DNA of 64,000 bases, from NCBI RefSeq assembly GCF_054482595.1, contig NZ_CM137008.1; one strand, given 5' to 3'. The notes beneath the pieces are model-generated. The model was not told the DNA's origin. It made no database searches and saw only the letters and a list, made by a program, of their open reading frames with translations. Below are positions 21,609 through 31,829 of the stretch, one piece after another. A program made the position numbers and the translations under genes. Position 1 is the first letter of the stretch. Each line of letters starts with the position of its first letter.

Positions 21609-21790
21609 AAATTTGGCCAATAGTTCCATTATTTCAATATGATAAGCCTCGACCTGTTAAAAAGCCAGGCAGCACACTTCAGGAAGTATATAAAAAACAA
21701 TATGTCGTTATATAAATAAGGAAATTGCACTGCATCATGGCATTTCATAATATGCGTTAATTGTTCTTTTTTATATTCTCTGAGGGAAAT

Positions 21791-22114
21791 ATGTTCCTGG
21801 ACTATTTTGCACTGGGAGTGCTTATTTTTGTATTTCTGGTGATATTCTATGGGATTATTATTTTACATGATATTCCCTACCTGATTGCTAAAAAACGTAA
21901 TCATCCTCATGCCGACGCCATTCATGTTGCAGGTTGGGTGAGTCTTTTTACGTTACATGTTATCTGGCCGTTTTTGTGGATTTGGGCCACGCTTTACCGC
22001 CCGGAGCGGGGATGGGGAATGCAAAGCCATGATTCATCCGTTATGCAACTGCAACAGCGCATTGCCGGGCTGGAGAAACAGCTCGCCGACATCAAATCCT
22101 CTTCTGCCGAGTAA
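21791..22114 (+). CDS. yiaW: small inner-membrane protein (DUF3302 family), partner of YiaV
   Basis: [45 protein letters not shown]... gives 107 aa from the ATG at 21791, with GAGGGA upstream. Confidence 0.88.
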   Translation: MFLDYFALGVLIFVFLVIFYGIIILHDIPYLIAKKRNHPHADAIHVAGWVSLFTLHVIWPFLWIWATLYRPERGWGMQSHDSSVMQLQQRIAGLEKQLADIKSSSAE

Positions 22115-22119
22115 TACTT

Positions 22120-23256
22120 ATGGATTTACTGATTATTTTGACCTATGTGGCTTTTGCATGGGCAATGTTTAAGATCTTCAAAATTCCCGTAAATAAATGG
22201 ACCATTCCCACAGCGGCCTTGGGTGGAATATTTATTGTCAGCGGTCTAATTCTGTTAATGAACTATAACCATCCGTATACCTTTAAAGCGCAAAAAGCGG
22301 TTATTTCTATTCCTGTTGTCCCACAGGTGACTGGTGTGGTGATTGAAGTGACGGATAAGAAAAATACGCTGATTAAAAAAGGTGAAGTGCTATTTCGACT
22401 GGACCCGACGCGTTATCAGGCGCGGGTGGATCGGCTGATGGCGGATATCGTTACCGCAGAACATAAACAGCGGGCGTTGGGCGCAGAGTTAGATGAGATG
22501 GTGGCGAATACTCAGCAGGCAAAGGCCACGCGGGATAAATTCGCTAAAGAGTATCAGCGTTACGCACGCGGCAGCCAGGCGAAAGTAAACCCGTTTTCAG
22601 AACGCGATATCGATGTGGCGCGGCAAAATTATCTGGCGCAGGAAGCCTCCGTAAAGTCATCGGCAGCGGAACAAAAACAGATCCAGAGCCAGCTGGATAG
22701 CCTGGTGTTGGGTGAACATTCTCAAATCGCCAGCCTGAAAGCGCAGCTCGCGGAAGCAAAATATAACCTTGAGCAGACGATAGTGCGTGCGCCGAGCGAT
22801 GGTTATGTGACCCAGGTACTGATTCGTCCGGGTACCTATGCCGCGTCGCTGCCGCTACGTCCGGTGATGGTGTTTATACCCGATCAGAAACGACAAATCG
22901 TGGCGCAGTTCCGTCAGAACTCCTTGCTGCGCCTGGCTCCCGGCGATGATGCGGAAGTGGTATTTAACGCTCTGCCAGGCAAAGTGTTCAGCGGTAAGCT
23001 GGCAGCCATTAGTCCAGCTGTTCCCGGCGGAGCTTATCAGTCGACCGGCACCTTACAGACGTTAAACACAGCGCCGGGTTCAGATGGCGTTATCGCGACC
23101 ATTGAACTGAATGAGCACACTGATTTGAGCGCTTTACCAGACGGTATTTACGCCCAGGTGGCGGTCTACTCTGATCATTTCAGCCATGTCTCGGTGATGC
23201 GCAAAGTGTTATTACGTATGACCAGCTGGGTGCATTACCTTTATCTCGATCATTAA
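22120..23256 (+). CDS. yiaV: HlyD-family membrane-fusion-like protein
   Basis: The ORF is 378 aa and a paralogue of yibH, with the same length and C-terminus. Confidence 0.9.
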   Translation: MDLLIILTYVAFAWAMFKIFKIPVNKWTIPTAALGGIFIVSGLILLMNYNHPYTFKAQKAVISIPVVPQVTGVVIEVTDKKNTLIKKGEVLFRLDPTRYQARVDRLMADIVTAEHKQRALGAELDEMVANTQQAKATRDKFAKEYQRYARGSQAKVNPFSERDIDVARQNYLAQEASVKSSAAEQKQIQSQLDSLVLGEHSQIASLKAQLAEAKYNLEQTIVRAPSDGYVTQVLIRPGTYAASLPLRPVMVFIPDQKRQIVAQFRQNSLLRLAPGDDAEVVFNALPGKVFSGKLAAISPAVPGGAYQSTGTLQTLNTAPGSDGVIATIELNEHTDLSALPDGIYAQVAVYSDHFSHVSVMRKVLLRMTSWVHYLYLDH

Positions 23257-24227
23257 TCTTCGCTTTCCGCCGCTTGTTCAGGCCGCAATTGCTGCGACTG
23301 AGCAAGCTGGTGGCGAATTTCACGCAGCATTTCATCCAGCACATACTGGACCCGCCAGGGCTGGTATTCCCGTTTACGGAAGATAGCCACCAGATCCAGC
23401 CACCATTCATACGGGTGCTGAAAGCAGGGCACCAGCGTGCCGTCTTGCAGATCGCTCTGCACACTTTTGTCTGGCGCAAACACAATCCCCAGGTGATTTC
23501 GTGCCAGCTCCAGCGCCGATTGCGTGTTGTCGCAAACGTAATTTCCCTTCACGCGATAATCCCGCACCTCTTTACTCCCGGCGACGTTGAAGCGCCAGAT
23601 ATTCGCGTCGTCGATCATCATCGAGTCGATCAAAATACAGGAGTGATGTTCGAGTTCGTCAGGACGGCTAATAGGATGTTTCTCAAGATAGCGCTGGCTG
23701 GCATAAGCGGTTACGGCATATTGTGTAATAAAACTGGCAACCAGCGATTCATCTTTTGGTGGAGCGTAGCTGATTAAAACATCACAGTCATCAGGAAATT
23801 CGACGCCTTCATAAAAGGCATTACGCTCAAGATTGCAGGTTTTTAGCGATAAGGTGATATCACCGATATCTTTAATTTTATCGATTACATGTTTGGATAA
23901 ATAGGTAATTATGCCGGTTGGGGCGTAGATGGTGACCCGACCACGTTTCTCATGCTTATAATCTGCAATAAAATTATTAAGCTGCTCGTTTCTGTCCAGC
24001 ATGTCGTTGATGTACGGTAACAGCGCGGTACCAAAAGGTGTGAGCATCAGCTGCCGGGTGGTTCGGTCAAAGACTTTTAAACCCACTTTTGATTCAAAAT
24101 CAGCAAGATATTTGCTGACGTTGGCCTGTGCGATGCCAAGTACAGTCGCGGCATGGCTGATATTTTCACTGGCAGCGATTACCGAGATAATTTTTAACTC
24201 CCGGTACTTAAGTTGTAATTTTGTCAT
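23253..24227 (-). CDS. yiaU: LysR-family transcriptional regulator
   Basis: The ORF is 324 aa with an N-terminal wHTH ([32 protein letters not shown]). It is convergent with yiaV and overlaps it by 4 nt. Confidence 0.9.
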   Translation of the reverse strand: MTKLQLKYRELKIISVIAASENISHAATVLGIAQANVSKYLADFESKVGLKVFDRTTRQLMLTPFGTALLPYINDMLDRNEQLNNFIADYKHEKRGRVTIYAPTGIITYLSKHVIDKIKDIGDITLSLKTCNLERNAFYEGVEFPDDCDVLISYAPPKDESLVASFITQYAVTAYASQRYLEKHPISRPDELEHHSCILIDSMMIDDANIWRFNVAGSKEVRDYRVKGNYVCDNTQSALELARNHLGIVFAPDKSVQSDLQDGTLVPCFQHPYEWWLDLVAIFRKREYQPWRVQYVLDEMLREIRHQLAQSQQLRPEQAAESED

Positions 24228-24350
24228 CGCAACAGCCCAATTATATATAATTTTATATATTACTATATAAATATGAATCTTGCACCGGAGAAATTGTAAG
24301 CATTACTATGCCGACTCTTTTTTATCTTATTTTAAAATGGAATACCGGAC

Positions 24351-25091
24351 ATGTTAATTAACCGCAATATTGTGGCGTTATTTGCGTTGCCTTTTATGGC
24401 AAGCGCAACTGCTTCTGAATTATCCATTGGTGCTGGTGCGGCTTATAATGAATCGCCTTATCGCGGTTATAATGAAAATACAAAGGCAATTCCGCTGATT
24501 AGCTATGAAGGTGATACTTTTTATGTTCGTCAGACCACGTTAGGTTTTATTCTGTCGCAAAGTGAAAAAAATGAACTTAGCCTGACCGCATCCTGGATGC
24601 CGCTGGAATTTGACCCTGCCGATAATGACGATTATGCCATGCAACAGCTTGATAAGCGTGATAGTACGGCTATGGCGGGGGTTGCCTGGTATCACCACGA
24701 GCGTTGGGGAACCGTGAAAGCCTCTGCAGCTGCGGACGTTCTGGATAACAGCAACGGCTGGGTGGGGGAGCTATCGGTATTCCACAAAATGCAGATAGGT
24801 CGTCTGTCGCTGACACCTGCGCTGGGCGTTCTCTATTATGACGAGAATTTCAGTGACTATTACTATGGCATTTCAGAGAGTGAGTCCCGTCGTAGCGGTC
24901 TGGCAAGTTATTCCGCGCAGGATGCCTGGGTGCCCTATGTCAGCCTGACGGCAAAATACCCGATAGGAGAGCACGTCGTATTGATGGCGAGCGCAGGATA
25001 CAGCGAGCTGCCGGAAGAGATTACCGACAGCCCGATGATTGATCGTAATGAGAGTTTTACCTTCGTCACCGGCGTGAGCTGGCGTTTTTAA
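24351..25091 (+). CDS. yiaT: MipA/OmpV-family outer-membrane protein
   Basis: The ORF is 246 aa with signal peptide MLINRNIVALFALPFMASATA. It has beta-barrel-like alternation ending in ...FVTGVSWRF. Confidence 0.9.
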   Translation: MLINRNIVALFALPFMASATASELSIGAGAAYNESPYRGYNENTKAIPLISYEGDTFYVRQTTLGFILSQSEKNELSLTASWMPLEFDPADNDDYAMQQLDKRDSTAMAGVAWYHHERWGTVKASAAADVLDNSNGWVGELSVFHKMQIGRLSLTPALGVLYYDENFSDYYYGISESESRRSGLASYSAQDAWVPYVSLTAKYPIGEHVVLMASAGYSELPEEITDSPMIDRNESFTFVTGVSWRF

Positions 25092-25094
25092 TTC

Positions 25095-25222
25095 ACCGGT
25101 GGATGTCGGTGCGGCTGGCCTACGCTCTCGCACCGACTTGTATGCCTGATAAGACGTGTTAAGCGTCGCATCAGGCAATGTGCTCCTTACGTTGGATGCG
25201 GCGCGAGTGCCTTATCCAACCT
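25095..25222. repeat. REP elements at the left border of the sugar island
   Basis: gcctgataagacgtgttaagcgtcgcatcaggc and ggatgcggcgcgagtgccttatccaacctacgg are present. The second abuts the GH127 stop codon. Confidence 0.75.
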
Positions 25223-27191
25223 ACGGATGGCAATGCTTTTCCTCATTCACCCAGATCCGCATTTCGCCTTCACCCCGGTTGGCCCAGCTAAACCACGGGA
25301 TAAAGGTCAGAGTTTGCGTCTGGCGTTTGGCTGGCGCGCTGTCGTAATGCCACAGCGGTTGCTGCTCTGGATTGCTCTGTTCATACCGGTAACCCGGTGC
25401 CTGGATTAAGATCTTATGGCTAAACAATCCATTGCCTTCAAATGTCGTAAATGGCGCATCGGTGGGCAGCCACAGATTATGCAGTGACTCGCCGTTGTCG
25501 GCCTGTTCCAGGCAATACACCAGCGGGCCGCGCTGAATCGCCACTTTTCCGGCGACGTGACGCACCAGCGGGTTACCGTAAACGCGACGTACTGGCATCG
25601 GCAAAGTCAGATTCAGCGTGTCGCCCTCCTGCCATTCGCGGGTAATGTGCAAATACCCTTTACGAATATCCTGCTCGACCTCTTCCCCATTCAATATGAT
25701 CTGCGGCTGTGTGCACCAGTCCGGCAGACGTAAAGCAAGTGTATGACGCACCGGCTGGGGCGATTCGACCGCAATCGTCACCTGTTCCTGCCACGGATAG
25801 TTCCCGCTAACCCGCAGGCGCAGCGTGCCATTTTCTACCGGCACTTCCATGCTGTTTCCTGCGTATATGTTGATATACAACGCATCTTCTCGCGGCGTGT
25901 AGAGATAATGACCAATCGAGGTCAGCACGCGGGCGATATTTGGCGGACAACAAGCGCAGCCAAACCAACGCTGGCGGATCGGTTTAACGTGATCGTAGAT
26001 ATGGTTGAATTTCAGCGATTTTGGATGTACTTCCAGCGGATTCACATAGAAGAAATGTTTGCCATCCAGCGCCATGCCGCCGAGCACGGTGTTGTACAGT
26101 GCGCGCTCCATCACATCGGCATATTGACTGTCGCCTTCCATTTCCAGCATTCGTCGGGCAAACATCATCAGGCCGATGGAGGCGCAACTTTCAGCGTATA
26201 CCGTGTCATTCGGCAGATCGTAATCGCTGCTGAACGCTTCACCGCTGCTCTGTGAGCCAATGCCGCCGGTAATATATAACTGACGCTGGGCCATATTGTT
26301 CCACAGCCGCAGGCAGTTCTGACGCTTGCTGTCATCGTGACTTAAACGCGCGAGATGCGCGACGCCGGTCATCAGATAGACAAAACGTACCGCGTGACCG
26401 ATGGCGGTTTGCTGTTGCGCAAGGGGCAAATGTGCCTGGCTGTAGGCTTTGTCTTTCACCATCCACGCCGGGCCGTAGGTGTGCCAGTGCGATGTCTGCC
26501 CGCGCTTTTCATATTCCTGGTCGTAATAGTGCGGTTGCGCACCACGTTGTTCGACAAAATAGTTCGTCAGTGCCAGGTAGCGCGGCTCTTCGGTCACTTC
26601 ATACAGACGCATCAGTGCCAGTTCAATTTCCGGGTGACCAGGGTAACCGTGTAACTTACTTTCATCTGGACCAAACACGCTGTCGATATGATCGGCCAGA
26701 CGGCAAACCACTTCCAGCAAGCGCCGCTTGCCCGTGGCCTGGAAGAAGGCGACTCCAGCTTCAATCAGATGACCTGCGCAGTAAAGTTCATGACACTCCG
26801 CCAGATTGCTCCAGCGTTCTTCGGGTGCTTTTACCGTAAAGTAAGTATTGAGATAGCCGTCTTCGCATTGGGCGGAGGCGATCAGTTCGATTACCTCGTC
26901 GGCGGTTTTTTCCAGTTCGGCGTCTGGCTTCTGGCACAGCGACCAGGCTACCGCTTCCAGCCATTTGGCGACATCGCTGTCCTGAAACACCATCCCGTAA
27001 AATTCACCCTCCTGAAGTCCGGCGGCAATGCGAAAGTTTTCAATCGCATGGCTGGGTTCCGCTTCTGGTATACGATCGTTCAAGGCATCCCACTGATAAG
27101 GAATCACCACGTCGCGGACCAGTTGTTGGTACTGACCGAGAAACGGATCGCTGACCGTCAGTTTATGCAGATCGACTTCCGAAATGTTCAT
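25221..27191 (-). CDS. glycoside hydrolase family 127 (DUF1680; beta-L-arabinofuranosidase-type)
   Basis: The CDS is 656 aa from the ATG at 27189-27191, with AAGGAG 6 nt upstream overlapping the transporter stop. It contains AESCAS and FGCACCPPN. I recall these as the Glu/Cys Zn-site and catalytic-Cys motifs of GH127 (HypBA1). The 672-aa track ORF is over-extended. Confidence 0.8.
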   Translation of the reverse strand: MNISEVDLHKLTVSDPFLGQYQQLVRDVVIPYQWDALNDRIPEAEPSHAIENFRIAAGLQEGEFYGMVFQDSDVAKWLEAVAWSLCQKPDAELEKTADEVIELIASAQCEDGYLNTYFTVKAPEERWSNLAECHELYCAGHLIEAGVAFFQATGKRRLLEVVCRLADHIDSVFGPDESKLHGYPGHPEIELALMRLYEVTEEPRYLALTNYFVEQRGAQPHYYDQEYEKRGQTSHWHTYGPAWMVKDKAYSQAHLPLAQQQTAIGHAVRFVYLMTGVAHLARLSHDDSKRQNCLRLWNNMAQRQLYITGGIGSQSSGEAFSSDYDLPNDTVYAESCASIGLMMFARRMLEMEGDSQYADVMERALYNTVLGGMALDGKHFFYVNPLEVHPKSLKFNHIYDHVKPIRQRWFGCACCPPNIARVLTSIGHYLYTPREDALYINIYAGNSMEVPVENGTLRLRVSGNYPWQEQVTIAVESPQPVRHTLALRLPDWCTQPQIILNGEEVEQDIRKGYLHITREWQEGDTLNLTLPMPVRRVYGNPLVRHVAGKVAIQRGPLVYCLEQADNGESLHNLWLPTDAPFTTFEGNGLFSHKILIQAPGYRYEQSNPEQQPLWHYDSAPAKRQTQTLTFIPWFSWANRGEGEMRIWVNEEKHCHP

Positions 27192-27201
27192 CTTGTGCTC
27201 C

Positions 27202-28602
27202 TTAAGGCTGTACATGACGCTGACGCAGGTCGGTAGCAATGCGTGACATCATAGGGTTATTGAGTTTGCAAAAGCGGATCGCCCCTGCCAGCAGCAGGTG
27301 GAATAGCGCAGGCAGTAATGTTTCCATCGCCGTGATCCCGCCAAGCGAACTGGTGGTCTGGTTTTCCACGCCTGGCTGGTAGGCGACAAAAATAAACAGC
27401 AGGCTGATGATCCCGGCGCTGGAGGCCCAGGCCAGCTTGATGAAAAACAGATTGAAGGCGAAGTTCATGCCGGAAGAACGTACGCGGGTTTTCCACTCGC
27501 CGTAGTCATCGGCAAAGGCCATCAATGAGAAGTGCAGTGGCAATGTGAAGCCAAGAATCACGCCATTACCGAGGATCACCGCCAGCCACAGCGTTTGATA
27601 AGCCGGGCCGGAGGGCAGGAACCACATCAACACCGCCAGTGCAGCGAGGAGCAGGTTGGTGTAGTAATAAATTTTGACGGTATCGAAACGCCGCGTTAAC
27701 GGGCTGACAATCACCGAGCCGATAATGGAGGCGAAGGTGACCATGGTGAAGAACAGCGACGTGTAGCCCGTGCTGCCTTGTAAGACGTAGGTAATGAAGT
27801 ACATATACCCACCGCCGCGAATATTAAAGACGTTAATCAGCAGGAAAGACATGACCAGCATCAGCAGCAGTTGGTCGTTGTTCCGCAGCCCGGCAAGATG
27901 TTCGCGCAGGGTAAATTTCCCCATTGTGGAGAGTGGCACCCGTTCACGAACCCAGAAAAAACAGCACAGGAACATCACCACGGCAATGGCGCACAGCACG
28001 CCGACGCCCAATTGATAGCCGCGCGCGGCATTACCCTGACCGAAGAGATCTACCATCCACGGTAAGCCTACCGAAACCAGAAATCCCGCTACGCCACAGA
28101 GAACGAATCGCCAGGACTGGCAGGAGATCACTTCATTGTGGCGGGTGGTCATGGTGTTGATCAGCGCGCAGTACGGTACGTTGATGGCGGTATAACCGAC
28201 TGAAAGGAGCAGGTAAGTACCGAACGCCCAGGCGATTTTTACTCCCATGCTGGCATCTGGCACGGTGAACGTCAGGATGCCGATAATGCCGATGGGAATG
28301 GCAATCCATAGCTGCCACGGACGAAAGCGCCCCCAGCGACTTTGCGTCCGGTCGGCAATGACGCCCATCACCGGGTCGGAGATGGCATCAAACACGCGCA
28401 GTGCAATAAACAGCGTGCCAACCAGCGCCGGAGTTAATCCAAAAACGTCGGTGTAGAAAAAGGTGAGAAAGTTCATGATCAGGCAAGTTATTACGGTGCC
28501 GCCTGCGTCACCCAGGCCGTAGCCTATTTTTTCCCGTACCGATAACGCATCGTCAATTTTACCTTTAGCGATATCAGCGGTAGTAATCGGTGTAGAGGTC
28601 AT
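27202..28602 (-). CDS. glycoside-pentoside-hexuronide (GPH) family sugar:cation symporter
   Basis: The 466-aa polytopic ORF carries an N-terminal [13 protein letters not shown] motif typical of the MelB/YicJ/UidB family. It forms a tight operon with the GH127 gene. Confidence 0.85.
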   Translation of the reverse strand: MTSTPITTADIAKGKIDDALSVREKIGYGLGDAGGTVITCLIMNFLTFFYTDVFGLTPALVGTLFIALRVFDAISDPVMGVIADRTQSRWGRFRPWQLWIAIPIGIIGILTFTVPDASMGVKIAWAFGTYLLLSVGYTAINVPYCALINTMTTRHNEVISCQSWRFVLCGVAGFLVSVGLPWMVDLFGQGNAARGYQLGVGVLCAIAVVMFLCCFFWVRERVPLSTMGKFTLREHLAGLRNNDQLLLMLVMSFLLINVFNIRGGGYMYFITYVLQGSTGYTSLFFTMVTFASIIGSVIVSPLTRRFDTVKIYYYTNLLLAALAVLMWFLPSGPAYQTLWLAVILGNGVILGFTLPLHFSLMAFADDYGEWKTRVRSSGMNFAFNLFFIKLAWASSAGIISLLFIFVAYQPGVENQTTSSLGGITAMETLLPALFHLLLAGAIRFCKLNNPMMSRIATDLRQRHVQP

Positions 28603-28740
28603 AGATATTCCTCGTGAATAGGGAGCAATTTTTAGTTTTATTGAAATGACCTGATTAATTCTGCCGTGAACGGGAATATCAACAAGGCGAGAAAAGAGTA
28701 AAAAAAGGTGACGATTCCGACCTGAATTTAAAAGTGTGAA

Positions 28741-29643
28741 ATGGATCAGGTGAAATTAATGTTTTTTATTAATAATCAAAAGGTAATGTGTTTTGTCATT
28801 AATGAAGAAGCGGGAAATTACATATCAATGCTCGAATTATCCATGACGTTACCGATTAAAGTGCAAAATGGTGGATTATTTATTTCCCGTGGCGTAGGGA
28901 GGCATCCTGCAAGGCGGCTGGAGTCATGGGAAATTATCTTTGTCGAAAAAGGTCGATTAACGATTCAGGAAGAAGAACGGATATTTCTGGTCGATGCGGG
29001 AGAGAGTTTATTACTCTGGCCGAACCGACAACATGTTGGGGTGGAGGATTTTCCCGCCGATCTCAAATTTTACTGGCTGCATTTTGAGGTTAAAGCGCCG
29101 GACAACGACCCTCGCTGGCTTACTCATCTTAGCGTGCCGCAACAAACGAAGGTTGTCGATCCGCAGGCGCTGGTGGCCCTGTTTCGCCAGTTCTTAAGCG
29201 AACAGGAAAAGCATCAACGCACTCCGGCGCTGGAGTTTATTGTGCTGCTCATTTTGCAGCAGCTCACCCGTGACGCGCGTCTTGATGAACAGGCCGATGG
29301 CGCAGGCACCACCCTTGCCTGGAAAGCGCAGAAACTGATCCGCACGCAATATCATCGCCCGCTTTCTACGGTGCTTCTGGCCCGCGAGCTGTACTGCAAT
29401 GCCGATTATCTTGGGCGCGTCTACCGGCGGGTGTTTCATCTGACGTTAACAGAAGCAATCCATCGCCAGCGGGTGCGCGAAGCCGAAAAGCTGTTAATTA
29501 GCGAAGCGCGATCGCTCACGGAAGTGGCGGCGTTGTGCGGGTTTAATGACGTTGGCTATTTCCGGCAGATTTTTCGCAAACACACCGGTTTAACGCCAGC
29601 AGCGTGGAAGCGGCGTTACAGCAAGGAACATATCAATTCGTAG
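28741..29643 (+). CDS. AraC/XylS-family transcriptional regulator (cupin sensor plus C-terminal double HTH)
   Basis: The C-terminus reads ...[81 protein letters not shown]. It is divergent from the transporter/GH127 operon. The start is uncertain; in-frame ATGs at 28828 and 28843 are alternatives. Confidence 0.8.
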   Translation: MDQVKLMFFINNQKVMCFVINEEAGNYISMLELSMTLPIKVQNGGLFISRGVGRHPARRLESWEIIFVEKGRLTIQEEERIFLVDAGESLLLWPNRQHVGVEDFPADLKFYWLHFEVKAPDNDPRWLTHLSVPQQTKVVDPQALVALFRQFLSEQEKHQRTPALEFIVLLILQQLTRDARLDEQADGAGTTLAWKAQKLIRTQYHRPLSTVLLARELYCNADYLGRVYRRVFHLTLTEAIHRQRVREAEKLLISEARSLTEVAALCGFNDVGYFRQIFRKHTGLTPAAWKRRYSKEHINS

Positions 29644-29785
29644 TGCCGTGTCGATTTCGCTTTCGACATCACGTCTGAAACAGGTGGGGGAGAAAAATCT
29701 CCTGAAACCACTGCGTGAAACCGCGCAGGCTATTTCTAATGAACTGGGATTTACTGTCAGGGATGACCTTGGCGCGATCACATAA
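29642..29785 (+). pseudogene. yiaJ: 47-codon relic of an IclR-family regulator 3' end (presumed yiaJ remnant)
   Basis: The frame gives [47 protein letters not shown]. This is an IclR effector-domain C-terminal pattern with no upstream remainder. It begins at the AraC stop codon and lies immediately upstream of ysaA on the same strand, which is where yiaJ sits in K-12. Confidence 0.65.
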
Positions 29786-29886
29786 CGCTTTGGACAAGTG
29801 CCAAAACTTTAACATTTCCTTCGTTGGATCAAAGCAGTAGGGACGTGCTCTCTGGCACTCTGCTGTTTTAGTGCAAAGGAGTGATC

Positions 29887-30360
29887 ATGAACCGGTTTAT
29901 TATTGCGGATGCGACGAAATGTATCGGTTGCCGTACCTGTGAAGTGGCTTGCGCAGTGTCGCATCAGGAGAATCAGGATTGCGCTGCGTTGTCACCAGAC
30001 GAGTTTATTTCCCGTATTCGTGTTATTAAAGACCACAGCTGGACCACGGCAGTAGCCTGTCATCAGTGTGAAGATGCACCGTGCGCGAATGTCTGCCCTG
30101 TTGACGCGATAAGCCGCGAACATGGGCATATTTTCGTTGAACAATCACGTTGCATTGGCTGTAAAAGCTGTATGCTGGCTTGCCCGTTTGGTGCGATGGA
30201 GGTCGTTTCTTCGCGCAAAAAGGCGAGGGCGATTAAGTGCGATCTGTGCTGGCATCGGGCGACGGGACCGGCCTGTGTTGAAGCCTGCCCGACAAAGGCG
30301 TTGCAGTGCATGGATGTCGAGAAAGTGCAGCGGCATCGGCTACGGCAGCAGCCTGTTTGA
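29887..30360 (+). CDS. ysaA: 4Fe-4S ferredoxin-type protein
   Basis: MNRFIIADATKCIGCRTCEVACAVSH... gives 157 aa with several CxxCxxCxxxC(P) clusters. AAGGAG lies upstream of the ATG at 29887. Confidence 0.9.
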   Translation: MNRFIIADATKCIGCRTCEVACAVSHQENQDCAALSPDEFISRIRVIKDHSWTTAVACHQCEDAPCANVCPVDAISREHGHIFVEQSRCIGCKSCMLACPFGAMEVVSSRKKARAIKCDLCWHRATGPACVEACPTKALQCMDVEKVQRHRLRQQPV

Positions 30361-30398
30361 AACGTTTTTCCGGCGTTTCTCAACGCCGGAATAGCGTA

Positions 30399-31652
30399 TT
30401 AATGGCTTTCAGCCCAGGCGCGTTCAATCTCTTCCGCCAGAATCTTCACACCCGCCTCAATTTTCTCCGGCTCCGGCACGTAGTTCATGCGCATACATTG
30501 ATGTGTATGTGGCCACGGTTTATCCAGTCCTGGGAAGAAGTTGTGCCCCGGCACCATCAGCACGCCGCGTGCTTTCAGGCGCTGATAGAGCTGCTCGGTC
30601 GTAATGGGCAAATCCTTAAACCATAGCCAGAGGAAAATGGCTCCTTCCGGTTTATGAATCAGGCAGCGATTTTCCGGTAAATAGCGGCGAATGATGGCGA
30701 TAGTTTCCTGAACACGCTGGTAGTAAAACGGTTTGATGACTGTTTCAGACAGGCGCAGCAGATCGTTACGCTTAATCATTTCACACATCATCGCCGGACC
30801 AATACCGCCAGGTGCCAGGCTGATAATGCCGTTCATATTGGTGATGGCGGTGATGATTTTTTCATTGGCGATGATAATGCCGCAGCGGGAGCCAGGTAGA
30901 CCCAGCTTGGAAAGACTCATGCACAGCACGATATTCGGATTCCATAGCGGGCGCGCTTCACTGAAGATGATACCCGGGAACGGGACGCCATAAGCGTTAT
31001 CAATCACCAGCGGAATGCCGTGTTGATTCGCCAGCGCGTCAAGCTTCAGCAACTCTTCGTCAGTAATCACATTGCCTGTTGGATTCGTCGGCCGGGAGAC
31101 GCAAATCATCCCGGTTTCTTCGCCAATATGCAGATGCTCAAAATCGACGTGGTATTTAAACTGGCCTTCAGGCAGCAGTTCAATATTCGGACGCGCAGAG
31201 ACAAACAGATCTTCTTCCAGTCCGGCGTCAGCGTAGCCAATGTATTCCGGTGCCAGCGGGAACAGCACTTTTTTGACCCGACCATCGGCACGGCGTCCGG
31301 CAAATAGATTAAATAAGTAGAAAAACGCGCTCTGGCTGCCGTTTGTTAGTGCAATATTCTGTGGTTCGATATCCCAACCCAACTTCTCGTGCAGCATTCC
31401 GGCAAGCAGTGTGAGTAGCTCCGTTTTCCCCTGTGGACCGTCGTAATTGCACAGTGCATCAGTCGCTTTGCCACTTTCCAGCATGTCGGTCAGTAGCGTC
31501 TGGAAGTAGTCCTGCATTTCCGGGATCTGCGCCGGATTACCGCCGCCGAGCATAATCGCGCCAGGCGTGCGTAAACCGTCGTTCAGATCTTCCATCAGCA
31601 GCGTAATGCCGGAGTGGCGGGTAAATTTGTCACCAAAAAGGGAGAATGTCAT
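30399..31652 (-). CDS. avtA: valine-pyruvate aminotransferase
   Basis: MTFSLFGDKFTRHSGITLLMEDLNDGL... gives 417 aa from the ATG at 31650-31652, with a PLP-Lys region SLSKLGLPG. The track ORF is over-extended by 35 codons. Confidence 0.93.
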   Translation of the reverse strand: MTFSLFGDKFTRHSGITLLMEDLNDGLRTPGAIMLGGGNPAQIPEMQDYFQTLLTDMLESGKATDALCNYDGPQGKTELLTLLAGMLHEKLGWDIEPQNIALTNGSQSAFFYLFNLFAGRRADGRVKKVLFPLAPEYIGYADAGLEEDLFVSARPNIELLPEGQFKYHVDFEHLHIGEETGMICVSRPTNPTGNVITDEELLKLDALANQHGIPLVIDNAYGVPFPGIIFSEARPLWNPNIVLCMSLSKLGLPGSRCGIIIANEKIITAITNMNGIISLAPGGIGPAMMCEMIKRNDLLRLSETVIKPFYYQRVQETIAIIRRYLPENRCLIHKPEGAIFLWLWFKDLPITTEQLYQRLKARGVLMVPGHNFFPGLDKPWPHTHQCMRMNYVPEPEKIEAGVKILAEEIERAWAESH

Positions 31653-31829
31653 AGCGGGATATCTGTCGAACTCTGTAGCAAGGAAGGTAACAATAACGCT
31701 ACATTTGCTGGGGTGCAAATCAGTCTGTTGAAGAGTGAGTGGTGCTTTATCCTGCAACGCTGATTAGGGCTGACATTTTATCCTGGTTGGCGGCTTCCCG
31801 AGGTACTGACTAACGGGAAGCCGGAAAAG

